This document shows positions 12,986 through 25,822 of a stretch of 64,000 bases of DNA, piece after piece. Under the pieces are notes generated by a model. That model made no database searches. It was not told the origin of the DNA and worked only from the letters and a program-made list of their open reading frames with translations. Source of the DNA: the human T2T-CHM13v2.0 reference genome, Homo sapiens. The stretch lies in NCBI RefSeq assembly GCF_009914755.1, contig NC_060934.1. One strand, 5' to 3'. Both the position numbers and the translations under genes were made by a program. Position 1 is the first letter of the stretch. Every line of letters starts with the position of its first letter.

Positions 12986-13744
12986 AAGCCAAACCAATCA
13001 AGTTCCTTCCCACCTTAAAAATGACATGCCTACCAGGCTCTGAGCCTGGGTGTGGCTATTCCCTCTGCCCACTCACATTTTAGGGTTCATTGAAAATCAT
13101 TTCCTCCAGGGCTCCCGCCAGGAGGTGCCCCCTAATGTGCTATGTCCCCATCCCCGGGAGAGGGCAGCACCCTCGCTAAACAATAGGCTGGGGGAGGGGG
13201 ATCCTATCTGCAGCTGTCCCTCATCTGGCACATAGTAAGTGCTCAATATTTGCTCATGGAATGGAAGATTTCACTTTAAATCAGCCCTAGTTTCAGGAAC
13301 AAAAAGCAGGGCAGCCCTGCCCCAGTTGCACAATTGGTAGAGGAGCGGGGGGCCAGGCCTGTCCCACCCCTGGAAGAGGCCCCTGCCTTCCTATTCCCTG
13401 TCAGCAGCTTCCCCTGGGTGGGAAGCACAGCCCAGACATTGAGCCTCTCCTTCCCAGCCATCAGCTAATCTGCCCCCCGCCAGCCAGCATGCCAGGGCCC
13501 CTGTCTGCCCTTCCTGTTTCCCCAGGACACTGCTGTTTACATGGTCAAGGGCTTATCACACACAGGCAGGCAAAGGCCCATACTAGGAAACCTTGTCCTC
13601 AGCATCTCCTGACACTCCAAGGTTTTGACTGTTTGAGCCTTTCGCTTCTAAGTGCTCCTGCTGGAAACCGCTCACATGCAGGGCCTCAGTTTCCCCAACC
13701 CTAACATAAACAGATGAACAACGACTTATTGATTTAACACCACT

Positions 13745-13955
13745 GTGGAGTGATGTGGCTAAGGGGTGGGCTTTGTATTCCAAACTCCTGGGTCTGAATT
13801 CCAGCTCTGGTCCTCACTGTGTGAAGCTGAGCCAGTGATTTCACTAAGACTGCCTCGTTTCCTCTTCATGAAATGGATATGATTCCAGTACTCACTCTCC
13901 AGTTCTGTAGCACTTTGCTGTACCTAGCACCGTGCCCAGAGCATTATAAGCACTT
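13745..13955 (+). mobile_element. MIR SINE, near full length
   Basis: gtggctaagggg...ctgggtctgaattccagctctg...cctcgtttcctctt...tagcaccgtgcccag. Confidence 0.7.
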
Positions 13956-14559
13956 ACGGCTGTGAGCTATGACTTTCAGAGGTCCTTCCCTTATCCTCAC
14001 GACTCAGATCCTTCACTTCTTCCCTTACAAAGTGGAGGAGAGGAGCAATTTTGTGCACTCACCAATGGGTGACTGCAGCCCTTGGCCAACACTGGTCACC
14101 AGAACAGCCAGAATAGCCCTGGCTCTGGCATCTTTCAGCCACTTTGACCTTGGATGCATCATGAAAACAAAAAAGGGAATTTACAGAGGAAGAAGCAGAG
14201 ATCCAGAAAAGACTGAAGCTTCCCTCACTCACCCAGTTATGCAGAAGTGGCCTGCAGGTGGAAAGAGAATCCACCCCTGGAGTAGGAGTAGGGTCCGGGC
14301 TCTGCCTGTGTGGTCTTGGGCCAATCACTGCCCTCCCTTAGCCTCTGTCTTCCCAGCCATAAAATGGGTACATTAATCCCTACCCAGCCTAACCCCCAGA
14401 AGGCACACAGTGAACATGAGAGAGGGGCTGTGAGCGGCACCCTCAGGCAAGTGGGCAGGACAAGGCACCTGCCAAGTACCAGGTATCAGCCTCACTCCAA
14501 GGACAGATGCTCAAAGTGATGTGGCTCCAGCTATGACCTCTCTGGGGACCCCAAGATGA

Positions 14560-15432
14560 ATCACTTGATTGGCAGCTCCATTTGGCTGTCCATAAGGCAT
14601 TTCAGAAACAGCCAGACCAAAGCATAACTCTGTCTTTCCACCCAAACCTCCAACTCCTCTCCCGGTGAACACTACTCCCGCCGTCCACCCAGTGGCTCAA
14701 GGTCACGATCCTGTACGTTGTCCTCAAATACCCTCTTGCCCTCCCCTCCTACACCCATCCTTTCAGCAAGACCTATCAACTCTGCCCTGGAGACACACCC
14801 CAAAGCCACTTCTCTCTAAGCCCACTGCCCACAACCAGGGCCAAGCGGCAGCCACTAAATCTGGATTGTGCGAGAGGGGCCTAACTTCCCTTCCAACTGC
14901 AACTCTGGGGCCCCCACCTTCCATTACTTCGAAGAGTCATTGGATCCCATCACTTATCTGTTTTAAACCCTCTGAAGTATCCTTATCTGGCTGGAATAAA
15001 ACATAAGCCCCCTACCTGCCTTACAAAGCCACGCACAATCCAACGGCTGGCTTGGCTCCACCCCTCCCTCTTCCCCCATTTAGGCATACAGCCCTCTTCC
15101 TTCCCTCCAGTGGGCCAAATTCTCTCCCTTCTGTGTCTTCTTCCCCTGGTCTCCATCATTCAGATCTCAAATTAAAGTGTCCCCTCCTCAGAGAGGCCCA
15201 ACTGCCCCACTAGTTTCCTTATTCACAACTCAGTAATGCACCAGATTCCTTCAGTGCTCTGCAGGGAGGTTGCTCCCATCTGCCATTGTGTGCCCACTTT
15301 GTTTCCTCTCTTGCTTCCCACAATACGGACGGCAAGAAACTTACTCCTATGACTCCTTGCTGCATCCCAGCATGAGCAGAGCCTGGCACATAGAAGGTGC
15401 TCAGGAAATATTCGCTGACTGAATGAATGAGG
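14560..15432 (+). mobile_element. L2 LINE 3' portion
   Basis: Long colinear L2 3' match ending cagagcctggcacatagaaggtgctcaggaaatattcgctgactgaatgaatga. Confidence 0.75.
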
Positions 15433-15789
15433 GAATCAATGGGTGAATGCAATACAGCTTCAAAAAGCCTGCCTCGATACAAAGTTTTACCTGAGAGAGG
15501 CCTTTTAATCTGCAACTCCTCAGGAGCTAGGACGGGGTCTGACTCACATCTGGGTGCCCACCACAGAGCATGGGGCTTAGTACAGGGTTGGCACTTCGTA
15601 AAGGTCTGTCCATTATCTATGTAGGCAACTAACAAAGACCATGCCAGGCTTGGGAAATAGTGAGTAGGATGAGCTACCTATGCTCTGGGAGCTTGCAACC
15701 CAAATGGAGAGAGAAAAAGGATCACACAGCAAGCCAATGGCTTAATGGAGATAGATATAAAATGTGCAATGGGATCATAGAATAAGCAA

Positions 15790-16130
15790 AATACATCAAG
15801 TCATAAAGTGACATATACAGTGGAATACCATTTACATAAAAGTTAAAAGTTTAAACCTGAACAACAACACTGTATGTTGTTTATGAACACAAAAATACAT
15901 GGTTAAAAAATAAAAACATGCATAAGAAGAAAGGCACCATCTCTGCAGAAGGAGGAAGAGGATTAGAATTGTGGAGGCCACATATGGGGCCACAATCTTA
16001 TCTATAGTATTTTATTTCTTGAAAAGAAAAATCTGAAATAGATATGGCACAATATTAGGATAAGAAAGAGCTCACTGGGACATCCATAGTTGTTTGTTAT
16101 ACTAGTAGTCTATGGGTTTGAAATACTCCA
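15790..16130 (+). mobile_element. L1ME-type fragment
   Basis: AT-rich atatacagtggaataccatttacataaaagttaaaag... typical of old L1 3' UTR. Confidence 0.6.
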
Positions 16131-16211
16131 AGATCACCTTGTATTAATGCAACGTGACTACAGAAAAAGCACCCTATCTGTTGAATGAGTGTCTGATGTG
16201 TGGCTGACTTA

Positions 16212-16405
16212 GTGGATGGATAGATGATGGTAAAAAGGACAGATGCATGCATGCCTGGGTGGATGGAAGGATGGATGGGTGGATAGATAGATGGATCCAT
16301 AAAAGAACGGATGGATGAATGGTATATGGCTGGATGGGTGTTGGGTGGATAGATAGGTGAATGGATGGGTGGATTCATGAGTGGGTGGATCAAATGGATG
16401 AGTGG
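16212..16405. repeat. (TGGA)n degenerate tetranucleotide array
   Basis: Repeated ggatggat/gggtggat/agat units. Confidence 0.85.
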
Positions 16406-16447
16406 TAGAAACGGTGCTAGCAATTCTCAAAACTTACCGTACTCCTT

Positions 16448-16900
16448 CCACATTTGTTGAGTACTTAACCACATGTCAAGCTCTATGCTAGGCCCTGGCA
16501 TAGTGCACACAGGATTCGGACAAATCCCTTCCCCATAGGAGCTCAAAGTTGGGGCTGAGATTCAGGTCCAATGGGGAGATGATGTGAAGGGCTACAGTCA
16601 CAGATGTGTATCCACAGTGAAATGATGGACAAACTCCCATAGGGACTTCTCCATAGAGGAAACAGAGGTTCTTCTGTGTTCTTGAGGGATGGCTTGTTCT
16701 TTGGGGAAGAAAGCAAGCCTGGTGTCCCAGGCAGAGGGATACCTGAACTAGGAAGGGAGGAGTGGGGCCATGGAGAGTCTGGGGAAGGGCTACTAGCAAA
16801 GGAAGCACAGAGGAGGGAATGGAAAGATGAAGCCAGCAAGAGGAATTGAGGCCTGGATTGCCAAACTGGGAGGCGAGACTTCACTCTTAGGCCAGATGGG
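16448..16900 (-). mobile_element. L2 LINE fragment
   Basis: acatttgttgagtacttaaccacatgtcaagctctatgctaggccctgg = reversed L2 tail. Confidence 0.65.
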
Positions 16901-17204
16901 TTAAGTCTGACCAATTGTCAGAGTCATCTGATTGGACAATAAAGGGGTTAGGCCCAGGAATCTGAATGGATCCAAGTCTATGCTCACCCTCAGCCAGGCC
17001 CCCTACTCCACCCCACTCTCATTACTGGCTCAGGGTGGCTTGGTCCCTATGGGCAGGAGCCCTTTCCATGGTGCCTGCATGTGTTCACTCCATGCTAGGC
17101 TCAGCAGCCCCAAGTGCCTAAGTGTGGGTGCCAGGGCCTGGCAGGGGAGGGAGGTGGGAAGCCCATGTGCATGTCTGCACACTGACCCTGATGGCAGCAC
17201 GCTT

Positions 17205-17231
17205 TTGTTGTTGTTGTTGTTGTTGTTGTTG
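17205..17231. repeat. (TTG)9 microsatellite
   Basis: Nine perfect TTG units counted. Confidence 0.95.
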
Positions 17232-18535
17232 TTTTATCTCACCAAACAATTCTCCAACAAGAATTTTATTGCTCAGCACAGGCTCCCAGCTAACTAGGAG
17301 AGCATTTTTCTAATTACATTTCCCTTGAAATACACCCGGGTTTGAGTTAACACCTCTTCAGTCTGCCAAAACCTAAGTCATTTTAAAATTAGTTCTGGAG
17401 GTTTTGCAAAAAATCCCACCGGGATGCAGCATTCCTTTCCCACCAAGTTGTGTACTGAAAACTCTCCCCAGATGCCAAGAGCTGCTTGCCTTGGAGACTA
17501 CGTGCAGAGGGCCCAGGGAAAGGCCCACATCCTGGCCCCACAGGCTCTCCTCTTTCTCAGGTCTGTTGAACAGCCCTTGCAATGCTACAAGATCGATAGA
17601 ATCATAAATGCATTTTGCTCTAAGCAGTCTTTCTGATACTCTTTAAAAACCACATGGATGGGAGGGAAATGTGATCCATATGGTTTTGAATCATTAACAC
17701 TTAAATCGTCAAAACAGAGAGTTATTTTCCAGTAGAAATTTCATATCCAAGGCACCGTTAGTGGCTCTTTAATAAACTGTTTAAAATTCTGTTGTTCCCC
17801 CTAAAACATGCAAGCACATGCCACATATGCAGCACACATATGCATACCCCACTAACTCTGAGATGGCATCATTGGGAAACACAGCCCATTAAGCACATCT
17901 ATCCCCAAGACAGGGATGGGCTAAAAGCCCTCTTGAGGCATCTTCTGAGCACTGGTGGTGAATGAAATCTACTCTGTTCAATTATTCAGGCTGAGGAGTT
18001 CCATAGAGCTTTGAGCTCATCTGGATAAGCCCCTTGATGGTACAGATGAGAAAGCTGAGGCCCAAAGAAGGTGCAGACTCTTGAAGGGTTGGTAGAAGTC
18101 ACAGGAGAGTATGTCAGGGTGATGAAACCACATGGACAAAGTGCCCACTGCCATTACCCCCATTGCCTAAATGGTAGGGTGTGAGGTAGGGATCTGGGCA
18201 GGAGAGAGAGGCTAGTGACTGGTCATAGAGCACATTCCAGGGCCCCCCATAGCCTGAGTAATTAAACTCCCTGCTTTAGCCTGCAAAGTTGTGGAGAGAG
18301 GACTATCATTTTCATGAAATGCAGATCAGATCCTAACTCTTGACACAGTGACAGGGATGGCACGGAATAATAGGGTGATCAGTTAAAAGATCATTGCAGG
18401 ACCTCTTAGGAGAAATAATGATTACATAGGCTTGAGGCAGAAAGGAGGAGCTAACCTGAAAGGTATTTTGGAGATAAAATTGATTGGACTAGGGGCCAAA
18501 TGAGTGCAGCTAGTGATGGAGAAACAGCATCAGGA

Positions 18536-18970
18536 TCGGATTCCTTTCCTACGGCTTCTGTTAAAAAATTACCATAAACATACCAGTTTAAAATATGTAA
18601 ATTTATTCTCTTACAACGTTCAAGGTCAGAAGTCCAAAATGAGTCTTCCAAGGCTAAAATCAAGGTGTCAGCAGGGCTGGTTCTTTCTGGAGGCTCCAGA
18701 GGAGAAACCATTCCTTGTCCCTTCCAGCTTCTGATGTCTGTCAGCACTCCTGGGCTTGTGGCCACATCACCCCAACCTCTTGCTTCCACTGTTGCATCTC
18801 TTACTACTCACTCTAACCCTCCTGCCTCCCTCTTATAAGAACCTTATGATGACATCAGGCTCTCCCAGATAATCTCCCCATCTCAAAATCCTAAACTGAA
18901 TCACATCTGCAAAGTCCCAGGGATTCGGATGTCAAAACCTGGGGCCTGGGGGCATTATTCTACCTACCGC
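18536..18970 (-). mobile_element. MLT1B/C-type MaLR solo LTR, apparently inserted in an L2
   Basis: aaatcaaggtgtcagcagggctggttctttctggaggctcc...gggcattattctacctaccgca; L2-like sequence on both sides. Confidence 0.85.
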
Positions 18971-18974
18971 AAGA

Positions 18975-19800
18975 ATGAAACCCAGATTTCTGACTTTTGC
19001 AACCAAGTGATGCTTTCACCCAAGGATGGAGGAGGTTGGTGGGAAAGATAATTAGCTTGATATAGGAAACAGTAATTCTAATTAGAAGTCTGGGAGACAT
19101 CCAGGAGGGGAGCCAGAGTAAGGACTGGTCCAAGAGGACCCAGAACACAGGAGGGAAGTGTAATTAGAGAGTGTGACTTTTAGGTCTTGGGTAACATCAA
19201 CATAGCTATAATCATAAGATAAAATGAAGCTTTATGTATTTCACATTTATTTCCCTGGCCAAAAAGGGCCAAGGCTAAAGAGAGAGAAGGAGGCATTGAT
19301 CAAGACTGAGGAGCAAGACAGTTGATCCAAGAAAGGGGAGTGGGAGAGTTGCCAGAGTGGGATCAAGGAGAAAGGGTACAACATCAGATACAGGACAGGG
19401 TCAAATGGGATAGGTCAATGATGACCTCAAAGCCATTTGAGAAGAGTGGAAACAAGTGGCAGGATTTGCCAGGGTTTGCCACAAAAGTTCTTAAAGTGCA
19501 GACAATGTGAGAGCTTTGTGTGCAGAGGGCAGGGATGGGCAGAGGCTGGTGCTGCAGAAGAGAGAGGGACTTACTGCTAGAGCCAGGTCTCAGAGGGGTC
19601 GGGACAGCACAGGAGGAAGGGAAAGGGGGATGTTGGTCCTTCTCTTTTCCCAGGAGGAGAGAGAAGAGAAAAGGGAGCATCAATGATCAAGCGTTTGAAG
19701 ATGGAAAGAAGAGAAGGTCACCTAGATATTGTACAAAATCAGGAGACGAGGTCATTGATGAGAATGGGACTGAGAACAGCTAGAGGTGATTGTCAGGCTG
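18975..19800 (-). mobile_element. L2 LINE fragment
   Basis: Purine-rich antisense L2 sequence (gaagtctgggagacatccaggagg...), continuing the piece at about 18300-18530. Confidence 0.55.
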
Positions 19801-20973
19801 TGAGACAGAAGAAAAGTCCCTGGAGTGGCTCCATGCAGAACCCATCTTCCCCTCCCACTACCTCCATGAACCCTCTGGCTGGTAGTCCCAGCTCTCACTC
19901 CTTTGTACTTTCCAAGGTATGAGGCTGAAAAAAATGGAGATTCCCTGCTGGCCGGAGCATGATCTCCTCTGCCTTCCTTCTTTGTTCTCCTGTGACAGGG
20001 CCCTTAGGTCGAAAAGAAGCAGCTGATTAGACATGAGGGAGCAGAGGAGGCGGGACCTAAGAGCAGTCACATGTGAACATGAACTTGAACTTGAATGAGA
20101 GCCCCTTCCCCCTGCCCTCACCCAGGAACCTCAACCTTGGCCTTCCTCAGACTTGCCTTAACCAGCTCTCAGTGCTCTGTGTGATCTTGTCCAACTCCCT
20201 CCCCATCTCTGGGCCCCCTGTTGAAATGAGAGACTTGGAGCAATGACTACTAAGAGCCTTGCAGCCTCCTAAGCACAACCTTGGATGTGGAAGAGCTGTC
20301 TGAGTTGTTGCAGGGAGCCCCAGCCTCTTTGGAGAAGGGCCCAGGACTCTGTCATTTCATAAACATGATGCAGGCCTGTTTGGTGCTGCATAGCTGTGGT
20401 TTTCTGTTTTCCCCAGCAGTAGCTACAAGGCCTGGGCTACAGCAGAGACAGCCCAGCAGGGAGGGAGAGGGTGGTGGAGCGGAGGGCAGGAGAGAGAGTG
20501 CTTCTCTGTGCTGCCTCCTCTGCTTGGCTCAGAAAGTGTGCAGAAGTGAGAAAAACATGCAGGCAAGTTAGGCAGACCCTTCCTCCACCTCCACCCACCC
20601 ATCCCAAAGAAAGTGGTACTTTCTAGCTGCTTTTGTAAAATAAAAAACACATTCTCCTGGTTGGCCTTCCTCTGCTTTGGAGCATGCAACATGCATACCA
20701 ACATGCAGCTCTAGTAAACTTAGCCTTGGGCAGGTTTAGAGGGAAGAAGAGCGCCCCAGGGATGAGATGGGGGTGAATGTGGAAGCCATCTGCAGAAGCA
20801 CCAACAGACCTGCCAGATGAGCCCGTTATTTGTGTATACTTCAACCTGCCCAGACCCTCGCTGGGGCCTGGCCCACAGTAGGCCCAGATAACCCTGTGCT
20901 TATTAAGCCACATAGAATGGAACCTGGGGAGAATACAAGGTCATCATTGGAGAGAAGAGATGGCCATGAAGGG

Positions 20974-21403
20974 TGTGGCAATGTGACTGATGCCCCACTC
21001 AGAGCCCCTTGCCTGGACATGAGGATCCATCACCCAGGTGTTGCAGGATGGGGTGTGCGGCCAACAATACACACCACACTTTCTCAAGCCAAGGGGAGCA
21101 GTCTTGTCCAAGGATGCCTGAAATTTGCCCACCCCTCCGAAGGTCAGCCCCCTGCCCGTGACTTACTGATGGTGGAGTGTAAGTTCCAGTGCTCTTGCTT
21201 CACGATGGGACAAATCTTCAGTGCAATTCCCCCTCCTGAGCTCCCTGTGGGATGAGACGAAGGCTGCACTTTGCACCTCTGCTTAGCTCTTTCCCCTCCC
21301 CTATCCTGCTTCTCTCACTGTCTCTGGAGAATTCCCCTCAATGCACCACTTGTACTGGAATCCCTGCTTCAGCTCCTGTTTCTGGTGAACCTGACCTAAG
21401 ATA
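20974..21403 (+). mobile_element. LTR16-family ERVL solo LTR
   Basis: tgtggc...tgatgccccactcagagcccc start; ctccctgtgggat; end ctgtttctggtgaacctgacctaagata. Confidence 0.8.
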
Positions 21404-22134
21404 CCAAGGAGAGCCTTCTAGGCAAGACCCAGCTTGGGAACAGCCTTTCCTACCTAAAGCTACAGGGGTTACCAGGCTGCTCCCCAGCAGCAGGAGAGAG
21501 CAGAGGCTGTTTTGCAGGGCCAGAGTTTATTGGTGCAGCTCTGCACACTCAGGAAGGCTGGTGTGCTGCACCACGGCAGTAGCAGACAAAACCAGAACAC
21601 AGTCCAGCTCCTAGAAGCCTCAGAGGACACCCAAAGCTGCAGGACACCAAGCTCCATTCCAGCTCAAGCACTGCTGACCAGTTTGGCCTGGTTGGTTGGG
21701 GACGAGCTCAGACAGAGATGAGGCCTGCAGACAACTCAGGCCAGAGCATCACAAGGCGAGAAAACTGGGCTCCAGGACAAGGGCAGAAGGGCCCTGAGCC
21801 CCTCGTGGCCAAAGACCTTACCAATACCACAAAGCCCTTACCTGGGTGGCATCAGAGCTACAAAACAATACAAAAAAATTACAACAAAGGCAAAAGCAAT
21901 TGTAACAGTAACTGTGATATATATAGCAGGTCAAATGCCAATTCTGGGTAAAGCCTGCTGCTAGCCTATGGCATACAATTGCTTTTATTTAATTCTTCCG
22001 CCTTAGTGCATAGGTATAATCTCCATTTTAGATAAAATGGCACACATGAGTAGCACATATGTGCTTCCATGCAATCAGGAAAGTATATATGTCCACACGC
22101 TGTTGTTTCAATTGGCTGTTTAAAAATGAATACA

Positions 22135-22437
22135 AGCTGGGCATAGTGGCCCAGGGCCATAATCCCAGAACTTTAGGAGGCTGAGGAGGGTGGATTACTT
22201 GAGCCCAGGAGTTCAAGACCAACCTAGCCAGCATGATGAAACCCTGTCTCTACTAAAAATACAAAAATTAGCTGGGTGTAGTGGTGTGCACCTATAATCT
22301 CAGCTACTCAGGAGGCTGAGGCAGGAGAATCACTTGAACCCAGGAGGTGGAGGTTGCAGTGAGCCAAGACTGCACTATTTCACTTCAGCCTGGGTGATGG
22401 AGTTAGACTCTGTCTCAAAAAAAAGAAAAAAAAAAAG
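22135..22437 (+). mobile_element. Alu (old S/J-like), full length
   Basis: Dimeric Alu with poly(A); degenerate TSD aaaaatgaataca / aaaaaggaatgca. Confidence 0.97.
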
Positions 22438-23373
22438 GAATGCAGACTGTCCATGTCCAAGGACCTGCTTATTAAGGATGCTGCCTTAGGTGACAGGCAA
22501 GAAAGCCCCACCGCCTTTCCAGGTCTGACTCTCCGTGTCTGATTCAAATGCCTCGCCCTCCCCTGCCAGCCCAGCAGCCGCTGCCCTGCAGGACAGAGCA
22601 GGCAGAGTGAGCACCAGGATGTAAACACCCTCCTGCCAGGTCCATCAGATCTGCTCAGCTGCAGCCTCTCCCCTCTCTCAGGAGCGAGCTGAGCCGGATT
22701 CTAGAGCTGCACCAGGGAACAGCTGCATCAGAAACCAGGGCTGCTTGGCTATTTCCCAATTCCTATTTATGTTGGGAGAAACAAATTCCCCTGAGGCAGT
22801 GACCTCTGATGTGCACCTGTGAGTACAACCTTGAGGGTGTCAGGCTGGGGGTACTCAGATGTTTCTGAGGACACCAGACACCTTCAGATATTTCCAGAGC
22901 TGCCCACACCCTGTGTCTCCAGGCTGTGAGCTCAGCCCTCAACTCCTTATTCTGAAGGACCCTTGAGAGATGCTGTTGGTCTCCCTGAAGCTTCTGGGAC
23001 ACCTGGCCTTAGCCCAAGGCTCCTGAGCTCAAAGCACCGAATTTGGAGTCCACAGACCAGGGTACATAGGGTCCTGGTCTCTATGGGAAGGAAGATCCAA
23101 GTCTCTGCAGCTCTGGGGAACACCTGCACTAACCCCAAGGAAAAGGAAAAGTCTCAGTCTCCTCCTCTGTGCATGGGTCAGCATCACAGGTTAGGCTGTG
23201 TGACAAATAAGTCCCCACATTGCAGGGCCTTCCCAGGATGCTCTCTCCTCACTCAAATAAAGGCATGCCCAGGCAGGCTGCCCTCCTTCATTGTGTGGCT
23301 TTGACCTCCAAGGCCACTGCAGAGCTGGGGAGAACAGGATGGAGGAGGTACACATCTCTTAGCTGCCTGGCCT

Positions 23374-23907
<534 letters not shown>

Positions 23908-25639
23908 CTGGGCCTGGAAGGGACACATCCCCATTGCTCACAGTCCATTGGCCAGACCAGTCACCTGGGCCCGGTCTCAGCACAGGAGGCTGGGAAGTGT
24001 GAGGGAGCCCATGGCTCCTGTGAGCACTAACCACCTCCAGCACAGCACACTGTGCTCAGACAGCTGCGTGATGCAGGGCCACGGAGTGGAGGTGGACGCC
24101 CTATGCAAATGTGGAAGAGCAGCATGAACCATGCCTTGGCCAAAGCACCTCCCAAGGATAGCATGACAAAGGGTGGGGCATGGCAGCTGTACCCAGCCCA
24201 GACGTCAGGAGAGTTGGCTCTAGTTCCAAAGCTGTTCTTTCTCAACAGTGAGGACCCCAGTGACTCACTCAACCCTCCTGCACCTCACTGGCCCCATTGC
24301 CCATGTATGTAAACTGATCCTGCCATTCCAAGGTGAAAGTAAGATTGTCTACAAATGCTTTGCAGATATAGCCCAGTGCTGTGCAGTAGTGAGCCACTTT
24401 GTGATTCTCTTTAACAAGGCAGTCTGTCATTCTTCCTTACAGTCACCCAAAATCCAGTAATACCATGTCCCAGATGCTCTGCCCATGGGCCTTAGGGCTG
24501 CCTCAGGTATGGAGGCAATGGTGAAAGCCCCAGGTTCCTCTTCTGCAGGCTATCTTTTCTTGCCCCATCTGCATCCCCAGCCCCCAGGAGACAGACCAGG
24601 ACAAGCAGATCACTCTCAGATACTGCATGAACTTACCAGATCGTCTGGGAGGACTCTAGAATATTCACTCAAGTGCTCCCTATAAGTTAGCTTATCTATC
24701 CATCGGTGCTGGAAACGCCTCCAATGGGCACTGGTGGGACAGTCAGAAAGTAGCTGCTCAGCTATTATTGGCTGCATCCCAACCCCCATGCTGCCGATAG
24801 ACTGTTTTTAAATAGTCATAGCCTCTAACCCTCTCACTCTAGAATGTCATACCACATCATATAAACACATCAGAATGCATCCACATCTCACGCAAGTATC
24901 ATTTACACCTAACTTCATAGGAGCTGGAGTGAGTTGAATTTAACAAGTTGACATGATGTGATGTTATGCACATATTCAATTAAACATTAATTTTGATTTT
25001 GCAGTCATTTTGTGGAGTTGATCATTTCATTCTCGGCTATCAAATATTCTTCAAAAGACTGTAATCCATAAGCCCTGGGCTTGAGATGTCCATGGAAAAA
25101 CCAGCCCCTGGACAACCCCCTTCCTGGTGTGAACAGCCAGGCTTTGCTGTCTTTTCAGAGGACGCAGCTGCTGTGGCGACCACTCATCTGTGCCAGCCCC
25201 AGCACAGGATGCTCCTGCTTCTCAAGTTAGGGCTTAACCTCTTTCTTGCCCCACATGAGGAGCTGAGGGTCAAGTGAGGGGCCGGGGAACCATGGGACTT
25301 GCTAGATCCTGTGACCAGAGCAGAGAAGGGAGGAGGAAAGTTGCAGGCAGTAAAGGGATCATCCAGGAGCACAACGAGAACACTGCCTTGACCAAAGTCA
25401 CAGGCTAGCAGTGGCATGGCCCTAAGTTCTCTGAGCCTCAGGTTCCCCATCTGCAAGTGAGCAAGTGAGGATGGGGAGGGGAGCCCTCTACAGTCTCCTC
25501 CTTACTCTACAGATCTAAAGAGCTTCGATGTTATAGTGGAATGTTTATTCTGGTACATTCTGCTGCAGGACTAATAGGGTCAACACAAGTAAATGGGTAT
25601 TTTTATCCTGGAAAAGGCATCATCATGTATGAGTTGCAG

Positions 25640-25822
25640 GTGTGCAAATGGATGGTGGGCATGGGTCTGTGCATTTGCTTGTGATGTGTGTGAATCCTGA
25701 AGCACAGGTGTACATCGACATTGTGTATCATGCTGTGTCTATATTGTGTAAATATAGACGTATTTGTTTGTGCCATATGTGCATTGTGCATTTGTATGTG
25801 TGTGAGTATGTATGTACACACA
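25640..25822. repeat. TG/TA-rich low-complexity tract
   Basis: Degenerate tgtg/tatg repeats. Confidence 0.7.

Noticed and set aside
21887-22065. H/ACA snoRNA or pre-miRNA call for the palindrome cluster
   Set aside because: The main hairpin is branched and longer than typical, and I could not place convincing H and ACA boxes; left as an unclassified finding.
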